Source: Pocillopora damicornis
Lineage: Eukaryota
DNA length: 64,000 bases
Direction: 5' to 3'
NCBI RefSeq assembly: GCF_003704095.1
Contig: NW_020846126.1
Location: 1-64,000 of the forward strand
A program made the position numbers and the translations under genes. Under the pieces are notes generated by a model. It saw only the letters and a program-made list of their open reading frames with translations, was not told where the DNA came from and did not search any database. Below, piece by piece: positions 63,001 through 64,000 of the stretch; the stretch's first letter is position 1, and each line of letters opens with the position of its first letter.

Positions 63001-63891
63001 TGAAAGCGCTGCACTTACCTGCGCGTTGAAGCAGATGCTTTGTTAATGTTCCTCTGGGATATGGCCTATTGTCTTAGGGAATTAGTTAATACTTTTTTTT
63101 TGTCTTTTAATTTTTCTCCAGCCGCACTGTATAATCTTTCATTTTGTGTTTGTTTGTTCAGTGATCAGGAGGATACAGAATTTGGAGACTGCACTACTCT
63201 GATTGAAGATGACGTCATAACAGCATCTCAGCAGGTACAAATCTTCTCGAAAAGTTGAAGTTGTGATGCTTGATAACCCAATTGGAATAAAACGCCCTTG
63301 ATTAACAAGAATATCTTACAACTGATTATAACTAAAGATATCGCGGAATGGAAAGTTTATAAGTTTGAAGGAAATGAAGCTATATTTTGTTAAAACATAG
63401 AGATGATTATGTCAGTGTTTCCAACATTTCCAATTTTTTCCCTTTCCTAAAAGATCAACGGAGGAGATCTGAGAGAGAAGCTGGCTTGTTATATCCGTGA
63501 TAACAAAGAGCTCTACCAAAAAGTCTTACAGTTTCAGGTAAAGCACAGAGATCTCTAAAGGGAGAGTTGTTCAAATCTTAATAAGCCTTAAGTTAGATAT
63601 GTTACGAGTGAATAATGTTATTCTCACTCTCAGTTGTTGATATATATATATTTATATCATCTTCTGGTTCTCCTGCGCGTTATTTTTCGAGCGCGGAGGG
63701 AGAATTAGGGACGCATCTTTCCTAAGTTTTGAAAAGAGCGGAAAAGAGAACTGGTCTCACCACGCGCATATTTCATGTGGTACTTGTCTGTTTCCTCACA
63801 GCCACTAGAGTTAGCTTCACTGCATCAACAAATTAAATCTGACGGCATCAGTTGTTCTTTGGGAAAACTTGTGGATTTCCTCGACCAGCAG
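54010..63891 (+). CDS. SLX4: Structure-specific endonuclease scaffold SLX4 (BTBD12/FANCP), 3'-partial
   Basis: About 15 exons. UBZ fingers (FCQLCQKDLSRMNSQRRQQHLNRC; CPICGKRF...HLKKC), MLR (DEETQLALALSAS at about 56250; LWSLAS), BTB (LLQDLSSMVNNSWLSDV...AHSFILSLRS, about 58150-58270), SAP (PVTPMPNY..MATPVLKNELYKFGVRALPKKKMILKLKEIYDYTH), SLX1-binding domain (LYQKVLQFQPLEL...LVDFLDQQ). Final exon lies beyond the window. Confidence 0.94.
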
Positions 63892-64000
63892 GTGAGAATA
63901 TTCGTAATAGTTTGCCTCTGATTTTCTTTGTAGAAGAGCTGAGGATTGTATGTATTTGAGATCTATAAACTTTTGATTTGCAATATAAACCAGTGAGAAG

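Noticed and set aside
63667-63704. GC-rich hairpin (ttctcctgcgcg...gcgcggagggagaa) in an SLX4 intron as a miRNA or terminator
   Set aside because: Too short and imperfect for a pre-miRNA; likely a small palindromic repeat remnant.

Overview
AT-rich, intron-containing animal DNA. It is most likely a scleractinian coral or another anthozoan, inferred from the repeat families and gene content. There is one 100-N gap (727-826). Genes reconstructed by hand from GT-AG boundaries, left to right: UBE2K (-), an uncharacterised EF-hand protein (-), a three-coding-exon FGF (-), N4BP2 (-), two tandem Erg/KCNH K+ channels that appear to lack the eag/PAS domain (-), GNPDA (-), a 64-79 aa single-pass membrane micro-ORF (+) and SLX4 (+, running off the window). 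The most notable observations are: (1) the membrane micro-ORF sits between the GNPDA/SLX4 bidirectional promoter and the SLX4 ATG, so it is either bicistronic with SLX4 or an in-frame spliced TM first exon; (2) a 200-bp, 98.5%-identical inverted copy of an Erg exon lies just past that gene's 3' end in the N4BP2 promoter, with inverted microhomology at the source ends; (3) a Penelope-like relic with hammerhead-ribozyme motifs lies in an N4BP2 intron, with the best motif on the pre-mRNA strand; (4) the Erg duplicates diverged asymmetrically, including an S631A-equivalent change; (5) apparent microsynteny with human 4p14/5q31. Everything was read by eye; no searches or folding programs were run.
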